Source: a virus (Duplodnaviria; Caudoviricetes). Taken from it: DNA of 64,000 bases. A model generated the notes under the pieces. The model was not told the DNA's origin, searched no databases, and saw only the letters and a list, made by a program, of their open reading frames with translations. The stretch lies in the IMG/VR virus record IMGVR_UViG_3300031994_004484. One strand, given 5' to 3'. This document shows, one piece after another, positions 9,789-19,042 of this stretch (within the stretch, counting starts at the first letter, position 1; each line of letters opens with the position of its first letter). Made by a program: the position numbers and the translations under genes.

Positions 9789-11159
9789 ATGCTTACAAGA
9801 TACAAGTTATACGTAGGAAGCAACAGATACAAGCTCAAAAGCCCGTCTTTTGTCGGCAAAGGCTCTTTTGTCAAAGGTCTTGCCGTGTCGTTGTCGGAGG
9901 TTGTCTCTGCGCACGTCAATGTGACTTGTTTTGACGGCGGTGACGGCTCTGTGACCGTTGTGGCGGGCGGGGGAACTCCTCCTTATCAATACTCGCTTGA
10001 CCCTACATTTGCCACCTACAACGCCGATGGCGTGTTCAGCAATTTGTCGCTTGTAGGTCCTGTTGACGAGGGCACTGACGAATACGGCGGCATTCTCATC
10101 AGTCACAGAAGATTCTACGTCCGTGACGCAAGCGGTCAGATTGTCAGCTGCGTTGTGGATTTGAAGTCGCCTGTAGAGTTGGAATGGTTGAATTGTCCTG
10201 ATAATATTGTAGTATTTTGTGAACCTGGTAAAGATTATGCTGATGTTGACCTTTCAATGATACAACCGAGTACAACAGCTAATGATTGTGTATTTGATAT
10301 TTCAGGCATTAGACAACATTACGAAAAAAATCAAGTATATTCTATTTCTTTTATTGCAGATAATTTATGCGGAGAATGGGATGAAAGAACATTATATATT
10401 ACTGTTTTGCCTCTTTATTTTCCCAACGCAATCACCGACTACGACGGCAACTGGTACGACGCGGTTGTCATTGGCAACCAAGTATGGCTCGCCTCAAACT
10501 TGCGCACCACGCACTACGCGGACGGAACGCCGATACCCGCCGGAGGCTCAACAACGAGTGACACCGACCCGTATTACTATGATTACTCAACATCAAACAT
10601 TCCGCTGAAAGACCGAGGCTATTTGTACAACTGGCCTGCGGTGATGAAAGGCGCGGCATCAAGCGACCTCAACCCGAGCGGTGTGCAGGGAATCGCTCCG
10701 ACTGGCTGGCACGTGCCTTCCGATGCTGAGTGGACACAGCTGACGAATTATGTCGGCAGCGTGCCCGCTTACATCTTGGACAACAACAGCTCGTACATCG
10801 CGAAGGCTTTGGCTTCGCAGGGCTACTGGAATGTGTCAACAGTTGATTATGCTCCTGGCAACGACTTGACGGCTAACAACAATACGCTGTTTGGAGGAGT
10901 TCCTTCGGGTGTATGCCGCGGTCCGTCTTTCAGAGTTGCGAGAAGTACCTTCGGATTGTGGTCTTCTACTCATCAGGATAACACTAACTACGCCGAAGTT
11001 CGATACATGAGCTACAACTACGCAAATATTTTCAAGCGGTCAATAGATAAGAGCTACGGCTATTCTGTCCGTTGCGTCTGCAACCTCTCGCCGCTTGACT
11101 TCGCAGCGTGGTACTACAACCAGTACGGCTCTTACAATCATCAATTGCCTACTGAATAA
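9789..11159 (+). CDS. Putative receptor-binding protein: SprB-like repeat, HYR-like segment, C-terminal Fib_succ_major domain
   Basis: NVTCFDGGDGSVTVVAGGGTPPYQYS; DYDGNWYDAVVIGNQVW, GYLYNW, PTGWHVPSDAEW, GYSVRCV. Confidence 0.85.
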   Translation: MLTRYKLYVGSNRYKLKSPSFVGKGSFVKGLAVSLSEVVSAHVNVTCFDGGDGSVTVVAGGGTPPYQYSLDPTFATYNADGVFSNLSLVGPVDEGTDEYGGILISHRRFYVRDASGQIVSCVVDLKSPVELEWLNCPDNIVVFCEPGKDYADVDLSMIQPSTTANDCVFDISGIRQHYEKNQVYSISFIADNLCGEWDERTLYITVLPLYFPNAITDYDGNWYDAVVIGNQVWLASNLRTTHYADGTPIPAGGSTTSDTDPYYYDYSTSNIPLKDRGYLYNWPAVMKGAASSDLNPSGVQGIAPTGWHVPSDAEWTQLTNYVGSVPAYILDNNSSYIAKALASQGYWNVSTVDYAPGNDLTANNNTLFGGVPSGVCRGPSFRVARSTFGLWSSTHQDNTNYAEVRYMSYNYANIFKRSIDKSYGYSVRCVCNLSPLDFAAWYYNQYGSYNHQLPTE

Positions 11160-11177
11160 CAATAAAATATAAAATTC

Positions 11178-12278
11178 ATGCCTACAGATACAAAAGTTAA
11201 CGATTTGAAGATAAACGTGCTGTCAGAAGCGCAGTACGAGCAGATACAATCGCCGTCAAACACGGAACTTTACCTTGTACCAGAAACAATTGACACAACA
11301 CCGACGAGCGGCAGCACAAACCCGATAACGAGCGGCGGGGTGTATTCGGCTTTGCAAAGTCTTCCGCCTCAAGAGCAATCCGACTGGAACCAATCGGATT
11401 CAACAGCTGACGATTATATCAAGAACAAACCACAAAACATTGTCACGGACGCAAATTACGTCCACACCGATAACAACTATACCACAACCGAGAAAAACAA
11501 GTTGGCAGGAATTGAAAACGGCGCGGAGGTTAATGTTCAATCTGACTGGGGACAAACAGACGACGCCGCCGACGATTTTATTAAGAACAAACCTGCATTG
11601 TTTAGTGGTGATTACAATGACCTCACTAACAAGCCGACTATCACAGACGAGAACGTAAAACAAGAACCAACAAGTTCTGGAAGCACTATTGAATTTCCAC
11701 TGCTTTCAAGTGTAACATCGACAACTGATGTTACAAAAACAACTACAACCAGATACTCCGAGAATCTGTTGATGCGAGGTTCTGATGGTTCTATAATACT
11801 CAAAACTACAGCAGACAACACTCTTGACACACCTTCTTTGTTCTTCAGAAGAGGAAGTGCTTATAATGCAGGAACAGACTGGGCTATTCGCTCAACAGGG
11901 GTCGAAACAGCTCAGAACACGCCTTTGGAATTTCTACGACGCTACGGCTCTGGAAGCTCAAGTTGGGTGTCAAAGTTGTCTGTGTTTAACAACAAGATAG
12001 CAACAACAGTTACAGAAGGTATTGAATCTCCGCAATTTGTAAAAACAAACCCGACTAACGCAAATGGCATACTGTTGGCTGACGGCAGTGATATTCCTCA
12101 ATCTACATTTCAGCCTGCATTACCGGCATATACGAATAACGCGGGGAAAATTCTTGCAGTAAACAGCAACGCTGACGGTGTTGTATGGATTTCTGTAATT
12201 AGAATATACAATGGCTCTTCAGCCCCATCTTCATCGCTTGGCAGCGACGGTGATATTTACATACAAACTCAATTATAA
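11178..12278 (+). CDS. Tail fibre protein
   Basis: DTTPTSGSTNPITSGGVY, QSDW...IKNKP and SGDYNDLTNKP repeats; C-terminal GSDGDIYIQ. Confidence 0.75.
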   Translation: MPTDTKVNDLKINVLSEAQYEQIQSPSNTELYLVPETIDTTPTSGSTNPITSGGVYSALQSLPPQEQSDWNQSDSTADDYIKNKPQNIVTDANYVHTDNNYTTTEKNKLAGIENGAEVNVQSDWGQTDDAADDFIKNKPALFSGDYNDLTNKPTITDENVKQEPTSSGSTIEFPLLSSVTSTTDVTKTTTTRYSENLLMRGSDGSIILKTTADNTLDTPSLFFRRGSAYNAGTDWAIRSTGVETAQNTPLEFLRRYGSGSSSWVSKLSVFNNKIATTVTEGIESPQFVKTNPTNANGILLADGSDIPQSTFQPALPAYTNNAGKILAVNSNADGVVWISVIRIYNGSSAPSSSLGSDGDIYIQTQL

Positions 12279-12934
12279 TGACTACGGTATCTTCACATCC
12301 GGTTTCATACGATGAAGGGTATAACTTACGGTCAGACACCGCAGACCTTCAAAACGCTTTCACAGACAGCGATTCTGACACTTGTGCGTTGATGTATTTT
12401 GTGAACGGAAGCAACGCGGAATCTTATATTTATTTCAATTTTGCATTAAACATCCAATCGGATGCAATAATTGATTCTGTGGCTTGCACCGTAAAAGGAA
12501 AGTTAAGCAACACGGGCGGAACTACCGCACGCGAATTGCAGCTTTTCAGCGGCTCAACGGCTAAAGGCACGGCAACAAGCATAACATCAACAAGCTTGCA
12601 AACATTAACTTTGAATGCAGGTGCGTGGACGGCGGCAGAATTGAACAACGCAAAGTTGAGGTTTTATGCAAAACGAGGTACAAGCGCGACAACGACAAAC
12701 CGGCACTATGACATTTACGGCGCGACATTGACTGTTTCATATACTGTTCCGTCAACAGGCGACAAAATATACATAAAAGTCAACGGCACGTGGCAAGAAG
12801 CTGCTGATATAAAGGTCAAGGTTAATGGCACATGGCAATCAGTCAGCAAGGTGTACAAGAAAGAAAACGGCGCGTGGGAAGAGCAAGACAAGTCTGCGAT
12901 GTTCGATCCGAATGCGTTGTATATAAAAGGATAA
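12278..12934 (+). CDS. Fibre-tip/fibre-associated protein
   Basis: C-terminal KVNGTWQ repeats; start overlaps previous stop (TAATG). Confidence 0.6.
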   Translation: MTTVSSHPVSYDEGYNLRSDTADLQNAFTDSDSDTCALMYFVNGSNAESYIYFNFALNIQSDAIIDSVACTVKGKLSNTGGTTARELQLFSGSTAKGTATSITSTSLQTLTLNAGAWTAAELNNAKLRFYAKRGTSATTTNRHYDIYGATLTVSYTVPSTGDKIYIKVNGTWQEAADIKVKVNGTWQSVSKVYKKENGAWEEQDKSAMFDPNALYIKG

Positions 12935-13070
12935 TCAATAAAGACGACCGTGGTGGTTGTACAATAACAGCAATCAAAAAAATTCAATCTTGTTTGGGTA
13001 GTACGGTTGATGCTATAGTTAGTCTTAAAACATTGGCTTTATGGTAGACGGTTCAAGATGCTTAGTATAA

Positions 13071-15518
13071 CTATTCATTCTCAAAACCGGCATCCTGAAA
13101 CGATTTGTCTATAATATCAGTTATCGAACCTATTGCCACATCGTATTTTTTTGAAACCAAATCAATTCCTCTTGTATCAACATACAAAAACGACAATAAT
13201 TCGGAGGGTATTTCACCGTCTTCAATAAACTTGTCGTACATGTCAATGGACAATTTGTTATCTATAAAATCAATATAGCGGTTAACCTCGTCCTTTATAC
13301 CGTCCTGTTTAAGCACTTCCTGCCGTTTCAGGTAGTCTGCCTTTATTTCCTCCCAATTAAGGCCACATTCGTCAATATAAGGCGGCTTCTCGTCGATTGA
13401 CAACCAAAACCTTATCTCCTTGTCCTCGGGCATCATGACATCCTCAAGCTTGTCCTGATCGGATTCGTTCAACGGCTGTCCGTAAATCAGTTTACATTCC
13501 TCTTCTGTAAATTCCTTCCTTTGTGAAGGATTTGTTATGAGAATGTTGCTTACAACTTTTCCGTTTTCGTCAACACGCTCCCTGATACTCCTGTCGAAAC
13601 AAACGGTTAAATTCAATATCCTCTTGTTGAGCATATCGATGTATTTTTCAACATTATATTCAATATTCTCGTCACAAAAATGGTCTTCGTCGTCCTCAAT
13701 CAGGTTGTTCGGCACAAGTATACAGTTGAATATTAGTTCGTCACGCTCTTCGGCGTTTGGGTGCTGCATTTTGACATATTCCGAAAGGTTAACCAACTTC
13801 CCGTTTTCCTTGATATATTTTTTTATATCTTCATTTTTGGAATTTTCCTTGAATACCTTCCTTATTTTGTTCAATTCCCTGCTATATTCCTTTGTAACGT
13901 CAGTCTCGTTATTATCGGAAAACAGGTCGGATGTTTTTATATAGTATTTTGTCACACGCTGAACGTCTGCGTCACTTTTCTTTTTGCCCGTGTTGATATA
14001 GTATATGGTGTCACCCATGTTGACTTTCAAGCCTTCCTTTATGGCGAGTTCGTACCATGCCTGTCTTGCCTTCTTCGAGCCGGCAGCTGTGACTTCCTTG
14101 CACTTCTCCTTGTATTCGTCAAGCGATATCTTTATCTTGCCAACAGAAGCTATATCTTTTAATGGAATTTTGAAACTGTCGATTTTTTCGATGTAGTCGT
14201 AGTAGTATTCGATGAATTCCTTACCATGGCCATAAAGGAGCAACTTAAGCCCGTGCCGTATCATATTTGAAATATACCCGGGCATTGTCCTTGACTTGAT
14301 TGCGTTTCCGACACGTTTCAATTCACCATTATCAAGTAAATCGCTATATATCTTCCTGCGCATCAATAAGTTAGCAGGAATCGTGTCATCGATATCCAAA
14401 CCCATTTTATTCAATCCACCCGGTATTTCAGGAACCAAATAAGTGTCTTCGAACTCCTGAACATCAGCCCATACACCAACATAAGCTTTACCTACTTTAC
14501 CATTACGGCCTTTACCTGTGCAATAGTAAGGATGTTCTTCGGTGTAACGTAATTTATTGGCACATAAGAAGTTAACACCATCAGTATTATGCAAAACAAT
14601 CATGCCCAACGAATTGACAAATGTACCGTCACATGATATGTCATAAACATAATCATTTTCGCTTGCTGTACCAATGACATTTAAAACCTCACCGTTTCCG
14701 TAAGTTTCTTTTTCTTCTTTTGTTTTAATAGCAAATGTGATTAGATTATGGTTTTCGTCATTTAATTTCATTTCAAACGGAATACCCAATTCCTTCAATA
14801 TAAAGGATATTCCGGCCATAACAACTTTATTGGTTTGCGTTATTTCCGTGCATTCCTCAATTGAGTTAATTTCTTTCTTTGAGAATAGTGAGTGGCAGAA
14901 ACCGTTAATAAAGGATTTTTTTATATCTTTGTTTGAATTTAGTATAAGACTTGGTATTTTTTTCTCCCCATATGATGTGTAAAAATCAAGTTTACCAAAT
15001 CTTTTTTCAAGATTTTTCGGTATAATAAATTTACCGTTACATGCATTTACGCCGCAATACCACGCTAAATCAGATTCTATATCACTATTTGACACGGTAT
15101 ATTCAATATTCCCATCATACACAGCAATACTATCACCGATTGATAATTCGGAAGGTTTTATTTCCCTCATATCAGGTGAAAACAACGAATGGTCTTCTGT
15201 GCAGTCAACCAACCCTCTGTTTGTTACGACTCTTTTTAGCTTTTTATTGGTTTTATGTTTATAAACATAGCCAACATCACACCATCCGTTTTTTGAGAGA
15301 ACGGTGAAATCTTTTTCAGAGAAATCCCTCCATTGTTCATTTTCAAATTCTATAGCGGATGATTTGTCAAAAACATCACATATCGGTTTAATGTCAATAT
15401 GATTATTTTTTTTATATTTTACCAAAATAGGCATGTCATATGTCACACTGTCTCCGACGACAGGGAGGTATCTGTAGTCTTCCCCGAATATGGGTTCGTC
15501 TTCAAGAATTTTTGCCAT
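13071..15518 (-). CDS. polB: Family B DNA polymerase, C-terminal part (motif C and thumb), intein-containing
   Basis: YLPVVGD|intein|TDG reconstitutes GDTDG motif C; RKIYS...GELKRVG region follows. Confidence 0.9.
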   Translation of the reverse strand: MAKILEDEPIFGEDYRYLPVVGDSVTYDMPILVKYKKNNHIDIKPICDVFDKSSAIEFENEQWRDFSEKDFTVLSKNGWCDVGYVYKHKTNKKLKRVVTNRGLVDCTEDHSLFSPDMREIKPSELSIGDSIAVYDGNIEYTVSNSDIESDLAWYCGVNACNGKFIIPKNLEKRFGKLDFYTSYGEKKIPSLILNSNKDIKKSFINGFCHSLFSKKEINSIEECTEITQTNKVVMAGISFILKELGIPFEMKLNDENHNLITFAIKTKEEKETYGNGEVLNVIGTASENDYVYDISCDGTFVNSLGMIVLHNTDGVNFLCANKLRYTEEHPYYCTGKGRNGKVGKAYVGVWADVQEFEDTYLVPEIPGGLNKMGLDIDDTIPANLLMRRKIYSDLLDNGELKRVGNAIKSRTMPGYISNMIRHGLKLLLYGHGKEFIEYYYDYIEKIDSFKIPLKDIASVGKIKISLDEYKEKCKEVTAAGSKKARQAWYELAIKEGLKVNMGDTIYYINTGKKKSDADVQRVTKYYIKTSDLFSDNNETDVTKEYSRELNKIRKVFKENSKNEDIKKYIKENGKLVNLSEYVKMQHPNAEERDELIFNCILVPNNLIEDDEDHFCDENIEYNVEKYIDMLNKRILNLTVCFDRSIRERVDENGKVVSNILITNPSQRKEFTEEECKLIYGQPLNESDQDKLEDVMMPEDKEIRFWLSIDEKPPYIDECGLNWEEIKADYLKRQEVLKQDGIKDEVNRYIDFIDNKLSIDMYDKFIEDGEIPSELLSFLYVDTRGIDLVSKKYDVAIGSITDIIDKSFQDAGFENE
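14586..15449 (-). mobile_element. Intein (288 aa) inside PolB motif C with degenerate LAGLIDADG remnants
   Basis: Starts SVTYDMPILV; block B DCTEDHSLF; block F YVYDIS; ends VLHN followed by Thr. Confidence 0.92.
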
Positions 15519-16905
15519 AACTTTTAATTTTCATTAATAATTCTTTTTCATTTTCTATAATAGGATAAGGATATTCCTCTAATCCGACATTCGTATAATA
15601 TAATAACGGAAGATTATTCTCTTCGCATAATTTCATTTTGTTATTATCAAGATTTGTAACCTTTTTGAATTCCTCATCAGGGTCTAAAGACTTATGAAAC
15701 CTGTTTGGTCTGAAATGTTGTATTCCCTGACATTCTATTCCGATATTATAATCAGGTAGATAGAAATCCAAATGTTGTCTTCCTAACCATTCGGGGGAAT
15801 AGTGTGGTTCGTATCTTATACCGCTCTCTTTCAGGAAATCAGACAACCGTTCTTCCATCTTTGACTTTGGTGCACATTCAGGGCATCCTTCTCCTGAAAT
15901 ATGGTTTGTCGGAGTCATCATGAAATAACCGTGTTTATTGCATTTTATGCAAACCTTTGTTGAGATGTTTTTATAAACCAAAGATTCGTCATAAAGATAT
16001 CTGTCCCCGTGTACTTCCTTGAATTTATTTATTATTTCATCCCTTGACAATGTGCGGGAAACAGCCGATTCCTCAACGGAGCATTTCGGGCAACCTTCCC
16101 CTTTTATAAAATCATTCGGTAATATCCAATAATAGCCATGTTTTGGGCAACCAATTTCAACTTTTGTTTTGTTATTTTTATAATGGGCTTTATCAAAAAA
16201 TAATTCTTTTTCGGGATGGGAATTTTTTGCTTTTTCAATCCACTCCTCTTCCGAATATTGATATGTTTCGCTACATTTTGGACACCCGAAACCTCTTAAA
16301 TGGTTCTTTGATATCTGTTCAAAATCACCGTGTATCGGACATGTTATAGTAATCGGTTTGTCTTTTCCTTTATATTCACTCTTTTCATAAGAATATTTTC
16401 CTTTATGCACTTCCTTGGCTTCGGCTATCCATTCTTCAGTTGTTTTCTTAATTCTTGGTTTCAATGATACATGGCCTTTCGCACATTTAGGACAACCATA
16501 TTTTGATGCTATATGTGTAATAGCATTTATTGTAAACCTCCCATGATAAGGGCAAACCACATCAATATCATACTCCCAACCTTTGAAGGTGCCCTCAACA
16601 TATTGGAATTTCTCCCCGTGTTTTTTGTTAGCCTTGTCAATATAATCCAAAAATCTTTGATGTAACGTTTTTTGATGACAAACTTCATATCTGCAAACCG
16701 GACACCCACTTCCTTTCAAGTGATTGTCGGGCCGTTGCATAAAATGGCCGTGTTTCAGGCATACTATATCAACCGGGGTTTTGTTATTGGTATAATTAAC
16801 ATAATCATATATGTAATGCCCTTTGCCATGCACTTTTTCAGCTACACTTATAAAGCTTTCCTTCGTGTGGCGTTCTGTTTTCTTCCGTTTTTTTATATCA
16901 TCCAT
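15502..16905 (-). CDS. Free-standing homing-endonuclease-like gene: five CxxHG...CPxC zinc-ribbon (DUF723-like) repeats plus C-terminal PD-(D/E)xK/Vsr-like nuclease
   Basis: Repeats such as ITCPIHGDFEQ...GCPKC; HLDFYLPDYNIGIECQGIQHF; lies between the two polB halves. Confidence 0.85.
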   Translation of the reverse strand: MDDIKKRKKTERHTKESFISVAEKVHGKGHYIYDYVNYTNNKTPVDIVCLKHGHFMQRPDNHLKGSGCPVCRYEVCHQKTLHQRFLDYIDKANKKHGEKFQYVEGTFKGWEYDIDVVCPYHGRFTINAITHIASKYGCPKCAKGHVSLKPRIKKTTEEWIAEAKEVHKGKYSYEKSEYKGKDKPITITCPIHGDFEQISKNHLRGFGCPKCSETYQYSEEEWIEKAKNSHPEKELFFDKAHYKNNKTKVEIGCPKHGYYWILPNDFIKGEGCPKCSVEESAVSRTLSRDEIINKFKEVHGDRYLYDESLVYKNISTKVCIKCNKHGYFMMTPTNHISGEGCPECAPKSKMEERLSDFLKESGIRYEPHYSPEWLGRQHLDFYLPDYNIGIECQGIQHFRPNRFHKSLDPDEEFKKVTNLDNNKMKLCEENNLPLLYYTNVGLEEYPYPIIENEKELLMKIKSYGKNS

Positions 16906-18899
16906 TGCGGTTTCATTCTATGCAGGTTATTAAAATGATAGCATAACAGTCTGAATATCATACGGCCTATGCATGTCACTTTTTCAGCAGCCTTAAGGTC
17001 AGACCAATAGAAAATGTTCCTACAAGCTCCGAAACTTCCAAAATAACTGTTTCCTACGAGTTTTAATAACAGTTGACTCGAATCATTAAAGAGGTATTCG
17101 GCATAAAGTTCCTGCCATTTTATATATTCATCATTGTATTCCTTTGTTCCCGGTTTTAATTTAAGAAGTATGGTTTTTTCTTCTTCAGCAAGTTTACCAT
17201 ACTTCTTTTTAAGTCCTTTGAAATATTCCCTTTCAGTTAGAACATAATTAAGAAACATTGGAAGAGCATCTGTTATGTCAACTTCTGATTTTATATTCCA
17301 TGTTAGAATTATTGACGGATAAAGACTGTTCAGGTCATATTTGTAGACTTCCCGTTCATCAACGGTTACACTTTTATAACCGAACTCCTTCTCTTCCAAG
17401 TCACTTCCCAATGCAGTGGCTAACATGCCCGTTGTCATTGTTCTCGAAAGACCCCCTGTGAAACTCTTTGGTTGTATTGTTTTCGGTATTGCCAACGATT
17501 CCTGATAGCTCCATGCCAACATTATGTTCTTCCAAATAGCCGCCGTACCCATTGTGTAAATCTTGTCATATGATACTGGTAATATTCCGGCCAAGAAATA
17601 GCTTGTGTTATTGAATTTGTGTTCAACCCTGTCAGCTTCATAGAGGTCGTCCATAAGATAACGTTCAACTATATAGCGTCCGCTTACCAATTTGTAACCT
17701 TCCTCTACATAATTTCTTTTATATAAATGGAATTTTCCGTTTTCATCCAAACCCTTTTTGAAATCAATCGCACTTGTTTTGGAGGGGTCATATTCATACC
17801 AATCCCCGTCGCTTTCATTGAAGGCGTAACGTTCTGTTTCATCAGCCCCCACATCATTGATTATCCTGCCGGGTACATATACACGGTTTTCCTTGTTCAG
17901 CTTGCTGTACCTTGTAACATATTTCAAATCAGCACGCTCCATATTTGAGTCCTGTGCTTGGGACCTTCTGACGGCAAAAAGCGAGTCGGTGATATGAACA
18001 CCTTTCATTACGGTCGGGAAAAAATACTCAGTTTCACCACCCAATTTCAAGACAGAACGTTTGGTAAGCTTCCTGATACCCCCGTCTATTATCCCTTTGG
18101 TGAATTCAAGCATATCAATACCGAGAAGTTCCTGAAGCCTGACATCAATAAAATAAAAGTCAAAGTTCTCTATATTATGCCCTGTTATGACATCAGGGTC
18201 AATTTCCTTTATAGTATAGAAAAACTCCCTTATTGCTGAAATTTCGTTATTTCTCCTTTCCTCACCTTCACCTTCAACCTTTATGATTTTCTTATATCCC
18301 TTGTTTGTTGAACAACCTATCTGCGATATTGCATGCACTTTCGGGTCCAAACCTTCGGTTTCCAAGTCATACACAAACCTCAAAAGGTCATCGTAATCCT
18401 TATAACCTTTGAACTGTCTCCTACCCGTTAGTATCATGTATTGCTCAATAGGTTTTGACACCACATAGTTTTCCAAACCGTATTCCCTATGTTTCGGTTT
18501 TGGGTATATCGGCACATCACCTTTTTCAAAAAATTCCATGAATTTGTAGAACGACATTTTCCTGTTTGCGTAAAACAGTATCTTGTAACCGTCCCTCATG
18601 CGTTCTGGTTCGGTTCCGTCGTCCTTTGTGGTTCTCAACAATTTGCAGGATATCCCGTATTCGGCAAGCTTTGAGCGGACAAGTGTCCTGTTGCCGTTAT
18701 ACAGCCTTTGTGCGGCGTCTTTCTTGCACCAACAGAAAGGGTGGAAATCGTCTTTCATTATCTGCTTCTTCCCTTCCTCGTCCCGATAGTAGATGGTGAC
18801 TTCGTTGTCGTTGTAACCACACTCTATCTTTATTATGTGTTCCATCGGGTCGGTACCCTTGAGGAAATGTTCAATATCCTCTTTTGTGTATTTTCCCAT
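16893..18899 (-). CDS. polB: Family B DNA polymerase, N-terminal part (3'-5' exonuclease, motifs A and B)
   Basis: ExoI YDLETEG, ExoII GHNIENFDF, motif A YDLNSLYPS, motif B KLVGNSYFG. Confidence 0.92.
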   Translation of the reverse strand: MGKYTKEDIEHFLKGTDPMEHIIKIECGYNDNEVTIYYRDEEGKKQIMKDDFHPFCWCKKDAAQRLYNGNRTLVRSKLAEYGISCKLLRTTKDDGTEPERMRDGYKILFYANRKMSFYKFMEFFEKGDVPIYPKPKHREYGLENYVVSKPIEQYMILTGRRQFKGYKDYDDLLRFVYDLETEGLDPKVHAISQIGCSTNKGYKKIIKVEGEGEERRNNEISAIREFFYTIKEIDPDVITGHNIENFDFYFIDVRLQELLGIDMLEFTKGIIDGGIRKLTKRSVLKLGGETEYFFPTVMKGVHITDSLFAVRRSQAQDSNMERADLKYVTRYSKLNKENRVYVPGRIINDVGADETERYAFNESDGDWYEYDPSKTSAIDFKKGLDENGKFHLYKRNYVEEGYKLVSGRYIVERYLMDDLYEADRVEHKFNNTSYFLAGILPVSYDKIYTMGTAAIWKNIMLAWSYQESLAIPKTIQPKSFTGGLSRTMTTGMLATALGSDLEEKEFGYKSVTVDEREVYKYDLNSLYPSIILTWNIKSEVDITDALPMFLNYVLTEREYFKGLKKKYGKLAEEEKTILLKLKPGTKEYNDEYIKWQELYAEYLFNDSSQLLLKLVGNSYFGSFGACRNIFYWSDLKAAEKVTCIGRMIFRLLCYHFNNLHRMKPQWMI

Positions 18900-18971
18900 A
18901 AGTATTTGCCATTTAGTTTATTAACAACGGGTTGTTAGGTTTTTAATGACCGTCCTCCGTTCCTTCTTGCT

Positions 18972-18984
18972 GTAAATATACTAC
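18972..18984 (-). promoter_or_regulatory. Host-sigma-type (Bacteroidota TAnnTTTG-like) promoter motif GTAGTATATTTAC upstream of polB
   Basis: Same motif at 26326(-), 32301, 33395(-), 53480, 55491, 59126. Confidence 0.6.
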
Positions 18985-19008
18985 AAAACCAAAAACAAAA
19001 GATGGGGA

Positions 19009-19015
19009 TATTTAT
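19009..19015 (+). promoter_or_regulatory. Putative late promoter core TATTTAT (representative of 13 copies)
   Basis: Copies at 2981, 7972, 19009, 19877, 23943(-), 26352, 28201, 33377, 33979, 34413, 36314(-), 40748, 54147, each shortly upstream of a start codon. Confidence 0.65.
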
Positions 19016-19042
19016 TTTTTTGAAAAAAGATTCTGTAAAATT

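Noticed and set aside
12832-13070. 71 aa ORF running into the gap between the fibre cluster and polB
   Set aside because: Overlaps the previous gene out of frame with no recognisable motif; at most a decayed remnant.
15489-16898. Ribosomal bypass between the ATA before the stop and an ATA in the C-half
   Set aside because: The gap of about 1.4 kb is far beyond the 50 nt T4 gene 60 hop, and the C-half has its own coupled ATG.
15502-16905. Group I intron carrying the nuclease in polB
   Set aside because: The nuclease ORF overlaps both polymerase halves, leaving no non-coding room, and no core elements were recognised. Not fully excluded without a covariance search.
16893-16943. CYHFNNL... as an atypical split-intein N-fragment
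   Set aside because: It fits the normal helix after motif B. Splicing it to the downstream HN|T would delete the VVGD half of motif C, and the intein already has its own N-terminal block.
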